From Geosiphon pyriformis uo1 (lineage: Eukaryota > Fungi > Glomeromycota), in the NCBI GenBank assembly GCA_016748015.1, contig JAAOMT010000415.1:4741-45236 (forward strand): a stretch of 40,496 bases of DNA. The letters run 5' to 3'. Below the pieces are notes generated by a model that saw only the letters and a list, made by a program, of their open reading frames with translations, was not told the origin of the DNA and did no database searches. Of the stretch, positions 22,919 through 34,900 are shown in pieces; position 1 is the first letter of the stretch, and each line of letters starts with the position of its first letter. Made by a program: the position numbers and the translations under genes.

Positions 22919-23300
22919 GATTAAGAGCTATTGTTCCTATGTGGTTAAGTATCAATTACTATCAACATGAAGTGTTAATAGTGAAAAGTGGATTGAAATA
23001 GTAAATAATTATTTATTTGTGATGTGGAAGATTGCTTAAATCAAATCTAAACTAAGAGATTTGTTTTTTCTACTTTTAATGCTACTATTATATATACATA
23101 ATTAAGATTCCTTAATTTCTTAATTTTTTACACCAGGAATTCTGTAATTCTGGAATCCTGTGATTTTTTATATAAGAATCCTGAAATTTCTGGAATCTTG
23201 TAATTCTTCTAAAAGGAATCCTGAAATTCCACATTTATTATGGTTATTTCTGATTGGCTAATTTAGATGCTACTATACTTCTTATATTCTATAAGTAACA
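22919..23300 (-). repeat. 5' LTR of element B, U3-side half
   Basis: GATTAAGAGCTATT...ATAAGTAACA matches 5447-5844. Confidence 0.92.
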
Positions 23301-23304
23301 CTAT

Positions 23305-26300
23305 ATATGATTCCAATTTCTAATTTATTTAATAAAACAATAGGGTAATTATTGGGGTTGTAGAATATAACTCAAAATTTTTTCATTCTTTTAAGAATAT
23401 AAACATTTGGAATTGAAATTTTATGTTTCAAACAGATTTGTTCATTGGACTCAAAGATTTGTTGAGTAGTGGTAGGTTTTGAACAAATGTAAATTTCATA
23501 ATGTTCTCCAAAAAGTAAAATGGTAATTGGTTGGGAAAGTTGAAAAATCTGGTGGGATTCATTTTGTGTATTAAGAGCTATGTTTACTGGCACTGTAAAT
23601 CGTCTAGTTGAACCAAAATTTTGCATTTTTCTTTTACTTTTTCCTAATAGTTCTCTGTTGTTGACTAATTGTAAACCCAAGATGTTGATTAAAAGTAGAT
23701 AAATTGCTTGGGCAATTTTTTCAGCATGTTCAATCCTAAATAGTTTATTTGTTTCATTCTGCAACATGATGGTAATGTTTTCAATATATCCTGCATCTAT
23801 AACTCCTTTTCTAATATTGATTTTTTTGCTTGCCAATGATGATCTGAATGCAATTTGAACCATTGCTTCAGATAGAATTTCAAGAGCAATTTTGAGATTG
23901 ATTTTTGTCAAGAATTTTGGTTAAAAAACCAAAGTGTCTTTGCCAGGATATCTGAGGTCATATCCTGCATTAATTTTGTGGGCTTTTTTTGATTTTATTC
24001 CTTGTCCATTGTTGTTAAAGTATTTGAGTTGTATAGCAGGCTGATTTTTAGTAAGATAGATTGGTGTTGTTGTAATTTTTTTCTTTGTTTTGGGTTTTCC
24101 AAATTCAATTTCTTTCTGGTTATTTTTACTGGACAAGAGAATGCTAAGAGCATAGCATTCTGGACACCATTTGTCATCACAAGGCATGATGCATTCTTTA
24201 CACAATTGAATGTTTATTTGCTCTAATTGTTGAATTTGAACTTCCTGGGTTGGGTATGTATAACTTGCAATTTGGTGGTAGGTTTTTACTTCATCTTCAT
24301 AATCAAATCCAGCTAATTTTATTGTATACTCAATGTATTCAGCTTCTTTCATTTGGTGAACATCTTCTTGAGTGGCTTCATTGATTAATGCCATTGCTAA
24401 GTCAAAAATTATTTCAGCATTATGAGAATAGTAATAAAGTTTGTTGAAAGCACTATTATATGCTGCATCAAATGATGTTCTTCTTCTGATTTTTTCCGAA
24501 ATTGATAGGGCATATTAACAGGTTTGATTACATACTTCTCTTTTCATTGCAACATCAATCCAGTTGTATTTTTCTGGTAGCATATCTCTATATGTGAGAC
24601 AAGGTGTGTTGTTTTATTTTCCACTTTTTTTTGGAAATTCAAATCGTTCTCTATGACATGCTTTGCAAAAGTAGCAGATACAAGTTTCATATTTCTCTTC
24701 TGAAGAAATACAGGCTCTCATAGATGAAAGCTTCTTTTTGCAATCTTTGTATTTTAGTGGAATGTATAGTGGTTTTTTTCATGGTTCTGGTGTGGAATAC
24801 TGAACTTTTTTCCATCCTCTGGTTTCTTCAAAAATTTTTTGTTCTGTTTTCTCAGCCCAATTGGATGTTAATCCAAGAGCCATATAGGTTTCAGTGAATG
24901 GCATTTTTTTCTTTTCTTCAAATTCAAATACTGGGGTTTTTTCTGATCATTTGTTGAAAGTACTACAAATAACAGATACTATAGTGTATTGTCTTTGGTA
25001 TGAGATTTTTAATTCCTGGGTTTCCCAGTCTAAGTTTGTATTAGCTTTAAGAAACCAATCATTTCCAACAAGAGCTTGGTATTGGGGTGCATTCATAACT
25101 AGAATTTTGACTAGAATGGTGATTTCATCAATAGTAAATGGGAAATTGTCAATTTTTTTTACTGGTGTCTTTTTCATACCATTTGCAATAACAATTACAG
25201 TTTGGGCTGGTCTGTCAACAGTTCTTTGAAGCTGTTGCATTAATTGGTAGGTGATAATATTTCTAGCTGATCTACTGTTTAAGATTACCAAATTGGTTTT
25301 CTTTTAACTTCAGCTTCAGTATATATTGCTGTAATTGCTTTTTGTTTATTGACTGCTGTATTGCTAAGCAAGAATGGTGATTCATTGGCTTTAAATTCAA
25401 ATGAAAAGATATCTGAAAAATTGGCATTTTGGGCAATTTGGACTGGTGGAATGGTATTGTTAGAAGGATTTGATCTTGGTGCCGCAATTTTACCTTTAGA
25501 AAGTGCAGATTGTTGAAAATCCGATTCTTTAAGTATTGTAAGATAACTGGATTGAGTGTGATAGTAATTGGGTCTTTGCTGACCAGAATTTCGGGGAACC
25601 AACTAGTTATTTGGATTGATTCTGTTGTTGTTATTCTGAAATTGATTTTGGGGTGTAAATTGTTTATGTTAAACCAATCTTCTGGCTGGTACTTGATATT
25701 GTTGAGTGGATGGTATCCAATATTGCTGTATTGGTAAAGGTTGCTAATATTGTTATTGTATTGGTTGTGGAGCTGATTGATAGTAACTGTTTTGATTTTG
25801 TGGTCTTGAAGAATAATAAATCAGTGATGGAGGTTGGTAATAAGATTGTTGTGGTAAAGAGTAATATTGATTACTCCTGTTTTGTTGATCTCTTTGCAAT
25901 TTTCTGCAATCTCGTTTTCAGTGTCCTGGAATTTCACAATAATAACAATTTTAAGGTTGGTTGTTGGATGGTGATCCAAAATTGTTTTGGTTGCATTGTT
26001 GTGGAAGTTGGTATCTTGGTAATTGTTGCTGTTGTTGTTGTTGGTTTGTAAAGTAGCTTTCAATCTTTTTTGTGAGTTGGTCTATTTTTTTTTCAGCTGT
26101 TGAGCTGCTTTCTCCAATAGCTAGATTGACAAGTTTGGTGTGGTTTGCTTTTTTTATTGCCATTTTATAGTTTTTTGCATATCTAATGGCAGTTGTTAAG
26201 TCTTTTAGAACATGTGGGCAAACTTTCTTAATGAGTTTGTTTTTTAATCCTGCTATGAACTGATTCTAAATCTGGGCATTGAAATAGTATTTATTGGTTT

Positions 26301-27377
26301 TCAATTGTCAAATTTGTTGAAGAAGTTTATTGAATCTTCAAAAATAAGTCATAACAGTTTCAGATGTTTCTTGTTTGATATTGTGAAAGTAATTGCAGAG
26401 AGTGATAGAGATGTTGTTGTCAATGAATTGTTGTAAAAAAGCATTTTTGAATGCTTGCCAGTTCTCAAATAGTTCTTTTAAGTTTTTAAATCATTCTTCT
26501 GCAGTTTCTTGGAGAAAGTATGAAATTGCTTTGAGCATTCTTGCTGCATTCCAACCATTTGCATCTTCTGTTTTTTGAACTTTGTCAAGCCATTCTTGAG
26601 GACTGGTATTATTGTTTTCACTAGTGAATTCTGAGATTTTTGCAATATAAGCAGTTGCTATTTTTTTTCATTTTCTGTAGTTTCTTTTTGTTCTGATTCA
26701 GTTTCTTTACTTTTCAAGTTCTCTGAATGATTACTTTTGTTTTCTTGTAAGTAATTAATAATATTGGTACTAGTTGATATGAGTTTTTGTTGTTAAATAA
26801 GATTTTTAGATGACTGAAAATCTTCTGGTCTTGAGAAACGGATAAGTGATGAATTTGGTGTTTGTGATTGAGCAAGTGAAATTGGAAAGAGTATGACTGA
26901 GAGTAGAAGTCTGGTAATGGTTTTTTGTTTTGGAGTTTGCAAATGTTTGGCAGTTATTTTTGGTGTTTTTGGAATGGTTGGAGTAATGCTTGAATGTTGC
27001 TTTAGTTTTTGTTTGCCTTTGTTGTTTGTTTCTGTTTCTAATTCAAAATCAACAGAATATCTAGACTGTACTGGGTATTTTTCTTCACAATACTGAATAA
27101 TGCTGTAGTTAAGTTCTTGAAAGTAGGTTGCAAGAGTTTCACTGTTCACATCTTCTGTTTCTAATTGTGAATAGTGCACTAAATTATTGTAGAAATTGCT
27201 TCTAACTTCTGAAATGTTGTAGTTTCCAAAAAAATAATTGTTGATGTGGTTTTCAATGTATTAGTATACTGATTTTTTGACAACTTTAATTTCATCTGAG
27301 ATGTTGAATCTTTGTTTGCAGTGGGTGTAAATTAATTGATAATACTCTAAAGTTGTTGTGTTTGGTATGGTCACCAC
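23305..27377 (-). pseudogene. gag-pol: ORF1 5' part of element C: Gag, protease, Cys-rich domain, dUTPase, dUTPase-like domain
   Basis: Colinear with A 14075-18160. Knuckle CYYCEIPGH*KRDC at 25906-25947. Decayed PR motif VILNSRSARNII. Confidence 0.92.
23604..23985 (-). pseudogene. dut: dUTPase domain in ORF1 of element C
   Basis: KAHKINAGYDL, FRSSLASK, GVIDAGYIENI, EKIAQAI, RKMQNFGSTR. Confidence 0.92.
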
Positions 27378-27404
27378 TTTGAATTTGTTGTTGCTGTGTT
27401 ATTT

Positions 27405-27420
27405 CTGTAGGAAAGCACCA
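27405..27420 (-). other. Primer-binding site of element C
   Basis: TGGTGCTTTCCTACAG, 2 nt from the 5' LTR; a decayed version of the A sequence TGGTGCTCTCCCACGG. Confidence 0.8.
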
Positions 27421-27422
27421 AA

Positions 27423-28372
27423 TGTTACCAGAAGTTTTTGGTCTCTATTCTTGAATGTTGTTAATGTTGATTTGCTGTAAATTCACATTTTTCAGGAAGT
27501 AGTTAGATCTCCAATAAATGAATTTATCTTCAAATTATCTCCTATAATTTGAACTGCTGAGCTTATGAGTGGAATGGCCAATTCCTTGCCAGTTACTTTA
27601 TGTAGTTATGTTGTAGTAAACATCAACTTTTTTCTAGGAATTGCTTGTCTAAAAACTCACTAAAAATATGTAGTTACTTTGCTGTGAAAGTCAACTCTTC
27701 TACAGAAATCTCGTCTGTAGGCTACCCTAATAATTGTAATAAAAAAAAAATAAAATAAAAGAAATGTAAAAGAAAATAAAATTTTGTCAAGGGAAACGTT
27801 TTCTATCTAGGTCTGGAGTCACTAACAGATTATTGAAATTGGTAGCTAATCAATTTCAAAACGTTAGTTGTGTTGAGAGAATCTCAAGTGTAATAATTTA
27901 AGGATTTGGTTTTTGAATATTTAATTTTTATTTAAATGTGTAAAAGGTGATTTGTTTCAATTAAGATATCTAAAGTAGAATACTATGGTAAAATACTATG
28001 AAAAGATACATTTTCTTGAAAAGAAAAGCTCTTTTTTTATACAACTTGTTGTAGTACTAGTTTTTGAACTTGCACTTTTCTTTTTGCTACAATTTGGGTG
28101 AACTAAAGATATATTTTAGTGAACTACAAGTTATTTCACTAAATTATTGATTCTTTCGGCAAATTTTGATTATGTTAAATGGTTCAGGATATTGTGTAAT
28201 TTGATCATCTTAATTTCTAGAGTACAAATCGGATTATTGATTGAGTAATAATATTTGATAATTTAATTAAATAATAAGTGATAATCGAAATAATAATACT
28301 ATATGCTAATTAATAATAGGAATTATAAGGGTAATTTCATGCTAATTAATAGCTAAAATTCTACTGATAACA
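27423..28372 (-). repeat. 5' LTR of element C
   Basis: TGTTACCAG...CTGATAACA. Colinear with 237-1209. Confidence 0.94.
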
Positions 28373-29504
28373 TCACAAAAAAAAACATAATTTTCTTTAT
28401 ACTTGCTTAAAAAATAAGATTTTGTTTAAGCAATACTTTCTAATATTATATTAATAAGTTAATTTGGCATAAAAGAATCTATAGTACATAAAATTTTGAA
28501 AAAAAAAATAAATTCTCAGCAACAATTTAAGCTTCACACCAAATAGATAAATAGATTTAAAAATGTAATATTTTATAAAAGTGTAAATTTTATAGTAAAG
28601 CCTAAAATACATTAATTATATTACTTTTTAAAGTCAAACAACAAATAAAAAAATCATTCAAAAATATATATAATATAATTAAAACAAATTTTGTATTTTA
28701 TATAACTTTAAACTAAACATAATATTATAATTTTGTTCTGGTTTAAAAAAGTAATTATTATTTTTTGTTTTAATAAGACAAAAATTTTTATTGCTTAAAA
28801 TTCTTATTAAGATATTACTATTATATTGGTTTTAATTTTAAATTTAAATGTGTAATAATTTAGACTAATTTTTTTTGTTTTTACAAACTTTTTTATTGAT
28901 ATTAAATAAACTAATATACATTCAATTAGTCAAACAAAAAAAATTGGCAATTTTTGCAACAAATATATATATTGATTATAACACTATAAATATCTAGAAA
29001 AAAGTAATAATTGATACTAAAATCTTATAAATGACCAAGTGACTGACCAAATCCATAAAAACATAACAAAATTCACAAATCAAAATATAATATCAATACT
29101 ATTGTTTTTGGATTTATAATTTACTTATTAATTTCTAAAAATCAATAATATTAATAAATTAATTTTAATTAACCAATTTAATAAAAAAAATTTTTCTATG
29201 ACAAAGTGAGATCCTATTACTATAAACATAGATTATGCTATTTCAATACATAATCAGCTACTCAGAAAAATTTTTTAATTATTTGAAATTTTTTTTATTT
29301 TCTAAAAACAAAAGTTATTTTTCAATAAACTAAACAATTAAAAAATATTTTTTTAGTTTAATAAAATTTTAATCTTCAAATTCATTTGCAAATATTGAAT
29401 TTCAAAAATATATATTTTAATTTTTTATCTGATTATCTGTTAATTACATATTAGTATAAAAACTGCAAATTGAAATATCAATATTTGAAAAAGTTTTTAT
29501 ATCT

Positions 29505-30050
29505 TATCAATGACATTCAACAATTTTTTTCCATTTTATCATAATTTTGGGAATTCATAATTTCTCTGATATTAGAATTGTTATTGGAAAAGCACCTAAT
29601 ATAAAAATTTTTCAGCTCATTTACAAATTTTAGCAGCAGTAAGATCACACAATATTTTGTTGTAATACTTTCTATTAATTAAGTTAAAAGAAAAAACAAT
29701 ACAATTATTTTTGCTAAACATGATATTTTATCTAATATTTTTGATCTAATTCTCAAATAAAAGTTTTTATTTGCTTCAAAATATTTTGGGTAAAATAAAT
29801 TTATATGTTTTATTTTTTCTACAAATACTATATATAATAGTAAAATTTTTCTTAATAAATATAGAGTACTTACTATTTAGAATTACTTATTACTGCTAAT
29901 AAGCTTATTCTAAAAAACATTATTGATCACTTTTAAGACTATTTAATTAAACACAATGCAAAAGAGCTAAAAGAAAATTTCGTTACTTTATAGAAAACTT
30001 CAATTATGTCTGATTCTTTTAAAAATTTACAAGAATTCTGCTTTATAATA
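29505..30050 (+). pseudogene. BTB/POZ(-BACK) domain gene remnant
   Basis: Manual translation gives FSDIRIVIGKAPNIKIF..AHLQILAA.. and ..IIFAKHDILSNIFDLILK. After an intron-sized gap it continues LELLITANKLILKNIIDHF*DYLIKHNAKELKENFVTL*KTSIMSDSFKNLQEFC. Stops and frameshifts are present. Confidence 0.75.
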
Positions 30051-30251
30051 GCATTTTAAGAGCAAAAAAAATTATACATGTATAAATTAAATTTATTATT
30101 ATTACAAACTAATACACAAAAATTAGCAAAAAATAGTATATATACTTTTATAAGATTCAAAAATTATCTATAATAAGTTAATAATAATATTTTATATTTA
30201 ATCTTAATTATATCAATAAAAAATATTTAAAAAAATGTACCATAATTTCTC

Positions 30252-30360
30252 GAGCAATACTTATATTGCTAAGCAATATGCTGTGATTTCTGACAATGCT
30301 TTATATTATTAAGCAATATGTTATAATTTTTAACAATACTTTACATTACTGAGCAATATA
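30252..30360. repeat. ~40-bp degenerate tandem repeat (~2.7 copies)
   Basis: AGCAATAT recurs at 30272, 30312 and 30352, within a unit like CAATRCTTTATATTACTAAGCAATATGCTGTGATTTCTGA. Confidence 0.7.
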
Positions 30361-30440
30361 TTTATATGCTAAATACTATTTTTTTATTGATCTATCTGTT
30401 TTTTTAATTATTTTTTTTTACTATTTTCTTATGAGTAATA

Positions 30441-31219
30441 CCAGTTACTTGTATAATTATATTGTCAATTTTTTTCTAAAAATTACTATCTGAAAGCTTA
30501 CTAAAATATATAGTTACTTTGTAATAAAAGTCAACTTTTCTACAAAAATCTTATTTGTAGACTACCCTAATAATTATAATAAAAATAAAAAAAACATAAA
30601 AAAAATAAAATTTTGTTAAAAAAAGTGTTTTTTATCTAGATCTGAAGTTACTAGCAGTTTTATTAAAATTGGTAGCTAATTAATTTCAAAATATTAGTTG
30701 GGTTTTGAAAAATTTTAAGTGCAATTATTTCGAAAATTTGAGTTTTTAATTTATTTGATATTTATTTTTTTTTTAAAGAAGATTAATATATTTTTAAGAT
30801 AAAATTAATTCTAAGAAAAATAATATCTGATCAGATATATTTTTTTGAAAAAAAAGCTCTTTTTTTATACAACTTGTTATAGTACTAGTCTATGAACTTG
30901 AACTTTTTTCTTGCTATAATTTTAATAAATTAATAATACATTTTGGCAAACTACAAATTATTTCAGTAAACTATTCATAATTTTGGTAAATTTCTATAAA
31001 TTTTAACGAATTTTTGAATGTTACATAGTTCAAAATATTGTGTAATTTGATCATCCTAATTTCAATTATACAAATGGGATTATTAATTAAATAGTAATAT
31101 TTGATAATTTGATTAAATGATAAGTAATAATTTGAAATAGTATTAATATATGCTAATTAATAATAAGAATTATAAGAGTAATTTTATGTTAATTATTGAC
31201 TAAAATTCTACTAATAATA
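30441..31219 (-). repeat. Solo or truncated LTR of the A/C family, heavily decayed
   Basis: Colinear with C LTR positions ~403-1209 (CCAGTTACTT ... TAAAATTCTACTAATAATA). The U5 end cannot be aligned. Confidence 0.85.
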
Positions 31220-31699
31220 CTGACTACATGTAGTAAGAGCATAAGCTATATTTAGTTTAAACACTTAGTTTGGGTCTATATACTAGATAACAATTAAGCT
31301 TCACTTATAAAACTTAATAATAATAAAAAATAAATTATATTTTAATATAAAATTAACTAATAATATAATTTAATTGTTTTCTCAATAGTTGTTTTTTAAC
31401 AAAATTATTTTGTTATTGAATTTGAATATATATTAAACAATATTGCTTTGTTTTCTTTTATTATTCTAAGTAAATTGTTTTAATTTTGTTAATTTTAAAT
31501 AAAATAATTTCTAAATAATTTTTAAATTTTGTTTGCTCTTATTAAAATATTTTTTTTTATATTAAAACATTTTATTCATTTGCTAATTTAGTTAAATATA
31601 ATATAATATGATAAAATCTAAGATAAATCTGTAAACCTTATGATTGTATTAAGTAAAATCTGTCATAAATAGACATTTTTTAAAAGCAACAACATCTTT

Positions 31700-31930
31700 T
31701 AAAAGCAGATCCAATTAACCAAACTAAGTGATACAACTTTGAATGAAAAATTCAAATAAGTAATATTGTTATTATTAAAACAGATAAACTTACATATAAT
31801 AATTAGTTTTTAAGAATAATAAAAAACAGATCTAATTGAAAATACTGTAAAATTAACTAAACTAAATAACACAACTTTGAATGAAAAATTCAAATAAATA
31901 ATAATATTATTATTAAAACAGTTAAGCTTA
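31700..31930. repeat. Direct duplication with ~138-bp period
   Basis: ACAACTTTGAATGAAAAATTCAAATAA...TATTATTAAAACAG occurs at ~31733 and ~31871. Confidence 0.75.
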
Positions 31931-34900
31931 AAAATAAAGATTCTTTTTTATTATATATAATAATCAATTTTATTACAAAAAACTTAAATTTTTCTATAAA
32001 TAACAAAAATTTATGATATAATCACTTTTAAAAAAGAATGTAAACTTTTAATTGTTATTGTTTTTGCTTTGTAAGTTTTTTGCAACTTATTGTATTAATA
32101 CTAGCCAAAATTTTTAACATTTTTAAAATAAATATCAGCAATATAATGGATGTCATTATAAAAAAACTCCTATAAGGCAATATCTATATTAAAAAATTAA
32201 TAAATAATACAGTAAGTAATAAACTTAATTCAAATTTATTTTTGTTTTGTAATTTGATTTTTTTTAGGAAAATTGATTTCTTCTGATAAATCTTTATTCT
32301 AAAAAAATGTTTTTTTATTAATAATACTAATCCCTATAATATAAAAAATTAAAGATAATTACTAATTAATTAATTTATTTTTTTAATATGATATTACCTG
32401 TACATTAATGAAAATACTTAAAAAAAAGTTTGAATACAAAATAAAAAAGAGAAAAAAATATAAACACTTTATTTAAGCTTTCTAGTCTCCAAAGATATGT
32501 ATTTTTTAGTTATATAAATATTTGTAAAAACGTTTTTTGGAGCTTCTTTATTTGTTAATTTTAATTTTAATTTACATAAAAATTTTGTCAGTATTTAAGA
32601 CAAAACTTAAAATAATCATTTTCTAATAATACCAGAATTTGTAACTTTTTATAAATTAAATTATGTATATTAATATAAATATATTAACTGTAACAAAATA
32701 AAAAAAATAAGCAAAAATGTTACATAAAATAAAAAATATATAATAAATTTACATTAAGATAATATCAAAACAATTTATTGAGAATAAAACTTTCTTTAAG
32801 CAGTTGTTAGAACTGTATATAGTTGTTATTGTATTTTTAAAAACAAAAAAATTTTGGTCCAAGAAAAAACTGTTTAAAAAATTATATTAAAAGCCTTCTA
32901 AATAAATACAACTGATTTTTTTCATTAAATTTACATATAATAATAAATTTGCAATCCAAAAAATCTTGACTTCAATCCATTATTTTTGTTTTATAAGCTC
33001 AAAAATACAAAGAAAACAATTTATTTGCAAAATTAGTTCAATTTTAACAAAAAAAATAACTTGTTTATAAATATTTTAGTTGTCAAAAGTGCTTTAAATT
33101 AACATTAGACTTATATTCATTGAACATGTGAAAATTAAGCACAAATTTCTTTGATTTTTATCATATAATATTGTAAAAATAATTAAATTACTATAAAAGT
33201 CTTTTGTTTATTGGAACTAATTACATAGAAATAACTTGCTTTTTTAATTATTAAGTTATAAATTTATTATTAAAAAAGAAAAATTATAAAAAAAGCAATT
33301 ATATTATCTTTAATTTTTTTTAATAATTTATTGGTATATCTAATAATATTACCTAATTAAAAAGTAAGTTGTTGAATATTAATATCTTCAAAAATAATAT
33401 TTACAATTATTTTGTTATTATCAATGATTTTAATATTTTGTGCTTTGTAATAAAATCTGTCTAAAACTATATCTTAAAGTTGAATAAATTTTTATAATAT
33501 TAATCAGATTTTCTTTTTATTTTTAGAATCTCTCTTTTAAAATAATCTAAGCTTATTTTTAATGTGATTATTAATATCTTTCTAATAAAAATAAGACTTA
33601 AAAGAACTGGTCGTAAATAATTTGACAACAAATTTAAATAGAAAAGACAAATTATTATATAAATTATATAAAATAAAATAAAATATTATCTTTGCAATTT
33701 ATATTTGTAAGAATAAATAATATATTAATATTAGTATTAAAAAAAATTAAATAAATTAACAAAATATTTACTTTTAAAACATAAATTTACTAAAAATAAA
33801 CTAGTAATATATATATAAAATTAAACCAAATTAATAGAAGCTTTATCTTTTTATCTTATATTCTTTAATAAATTGATAAACAATATTCTAACAGTTATGA
33901 CTTTGCATGACATTAAAACTGCATAGACAAGCAAATTTTCTATTTCTATATGTAACATATAATGTTTTTATTTATTGTTTAACAAAATCTTTGTCAATTG
34001 GTTCAAAAATCTCTGATTCTAAATTCTTAAAGTTTTCTTTATTAGAATTATTTTTTAACTTACTATTAACATATTAAAAAACAATATTTATGTTAACAAA
34101 CTGGATAATACTCTAGATACACTAATTAATTTCTAAAAGTAATATAAATTATAAATTGTTTTTAAAAAAAAAGATTACACATAATAATTATTTATCTTGT
34201 ACCAAATTTTTTTTATATAACAGTTTTTCTTGTTAATTTATTTTTACTTTTTCATTTCTCCAACATCAATACACATTGAAATAGCAAGTTTTTCAAGATT
34301 TGAATGTAAAGATTTGGTGTATTTTTTCCAATAATGTATTATCATATCTTTTTTAAAATAACTCTCTAATAACATAATTGTTTTCATAGAACAATCAATA
34401 TGCTTATAATCTGGCCAAGTATCTAAAATATTAGAGTATTTATATGAAATATAAGTTATAAAATCAAATTATTTTTCACTAACCAATTCATTAGCTGAAC
34501 CAATATAATCAAAAATAAATTGTAATAGTTTTTGTAATAGTTAAATTTCTAATCCCAATAGCAGCTTAGAATTTTTGCAAGTCTAAAAAAGTAAGTTTCT
34601 ATTGATCAAATTTTTCTTGATCTCGAAATTGGTTAACAAATCAAAATTAGTAAAATGTCTAATTTTTAAGCCATTGATTATTTATGTTTTTTGCAAACCA
34701 TTTTTTGAGCACATTAGCTATAAAATAATAATATTATAAGATTGAAATATAAAACCCAATAAATTTTTAAAACCTTATTTTTATGCCAATTACATAAGAC
34801 TACTTGAGTTTTTGGAAAATGTTTTTTGGCTGCTACTAAATAAAAATCCCATTTATTTATAGCTAACCACTTAAAATTTGATTAAATATTGCTTTTATAA

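Larger units (their letters stand above)
5034..23300 (-). mobile_element. Ty3/Gypsy LTR retrotransposon B (second family; ~8.5 kb net), nested in the pol of C, decayed and internally deleted
   Basis: LTRs at 5034-5844 and 12766-13178 plus 22919-23300. TSD is CTGT (5030-5033) / CTAT (23301-23304). Removing B rejoins C's reading EIGII..|SNIFQ, matching uninterrupted A. Confidence 0.95.
237..28372 (-). mobile_element. Ty3/Gypsy LTR retrotransposon C (outermost; ~9.9 kb once nested B and A are removed), decayed
   Basis: Paired LTRs at 237-1209 and 27423-28372. Flanks TTAC (233-236) and TCAC (28373-28376) form a 4-bp TSD with one C>T change. PBS and PPT are present. Domain order on the - strand is Gag-PR-dUTPase-RT-RH-IN. 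Confidence 0.95.

Noticed and set aside
30252-30360. CRISPR-like repeat
   Set aside because: Contiguous degenerate tandem units without unique spacers; eukaryotic context and no cas genes.
34230-34700. Possible decayed coding remnant on the - strand (FDFITYISYKYSNILDTWPDYKHIDCSMK...)
   Set aside because: Protein-like but broken, and I cannot assign a family; needs a tBLASTx or HMM search.
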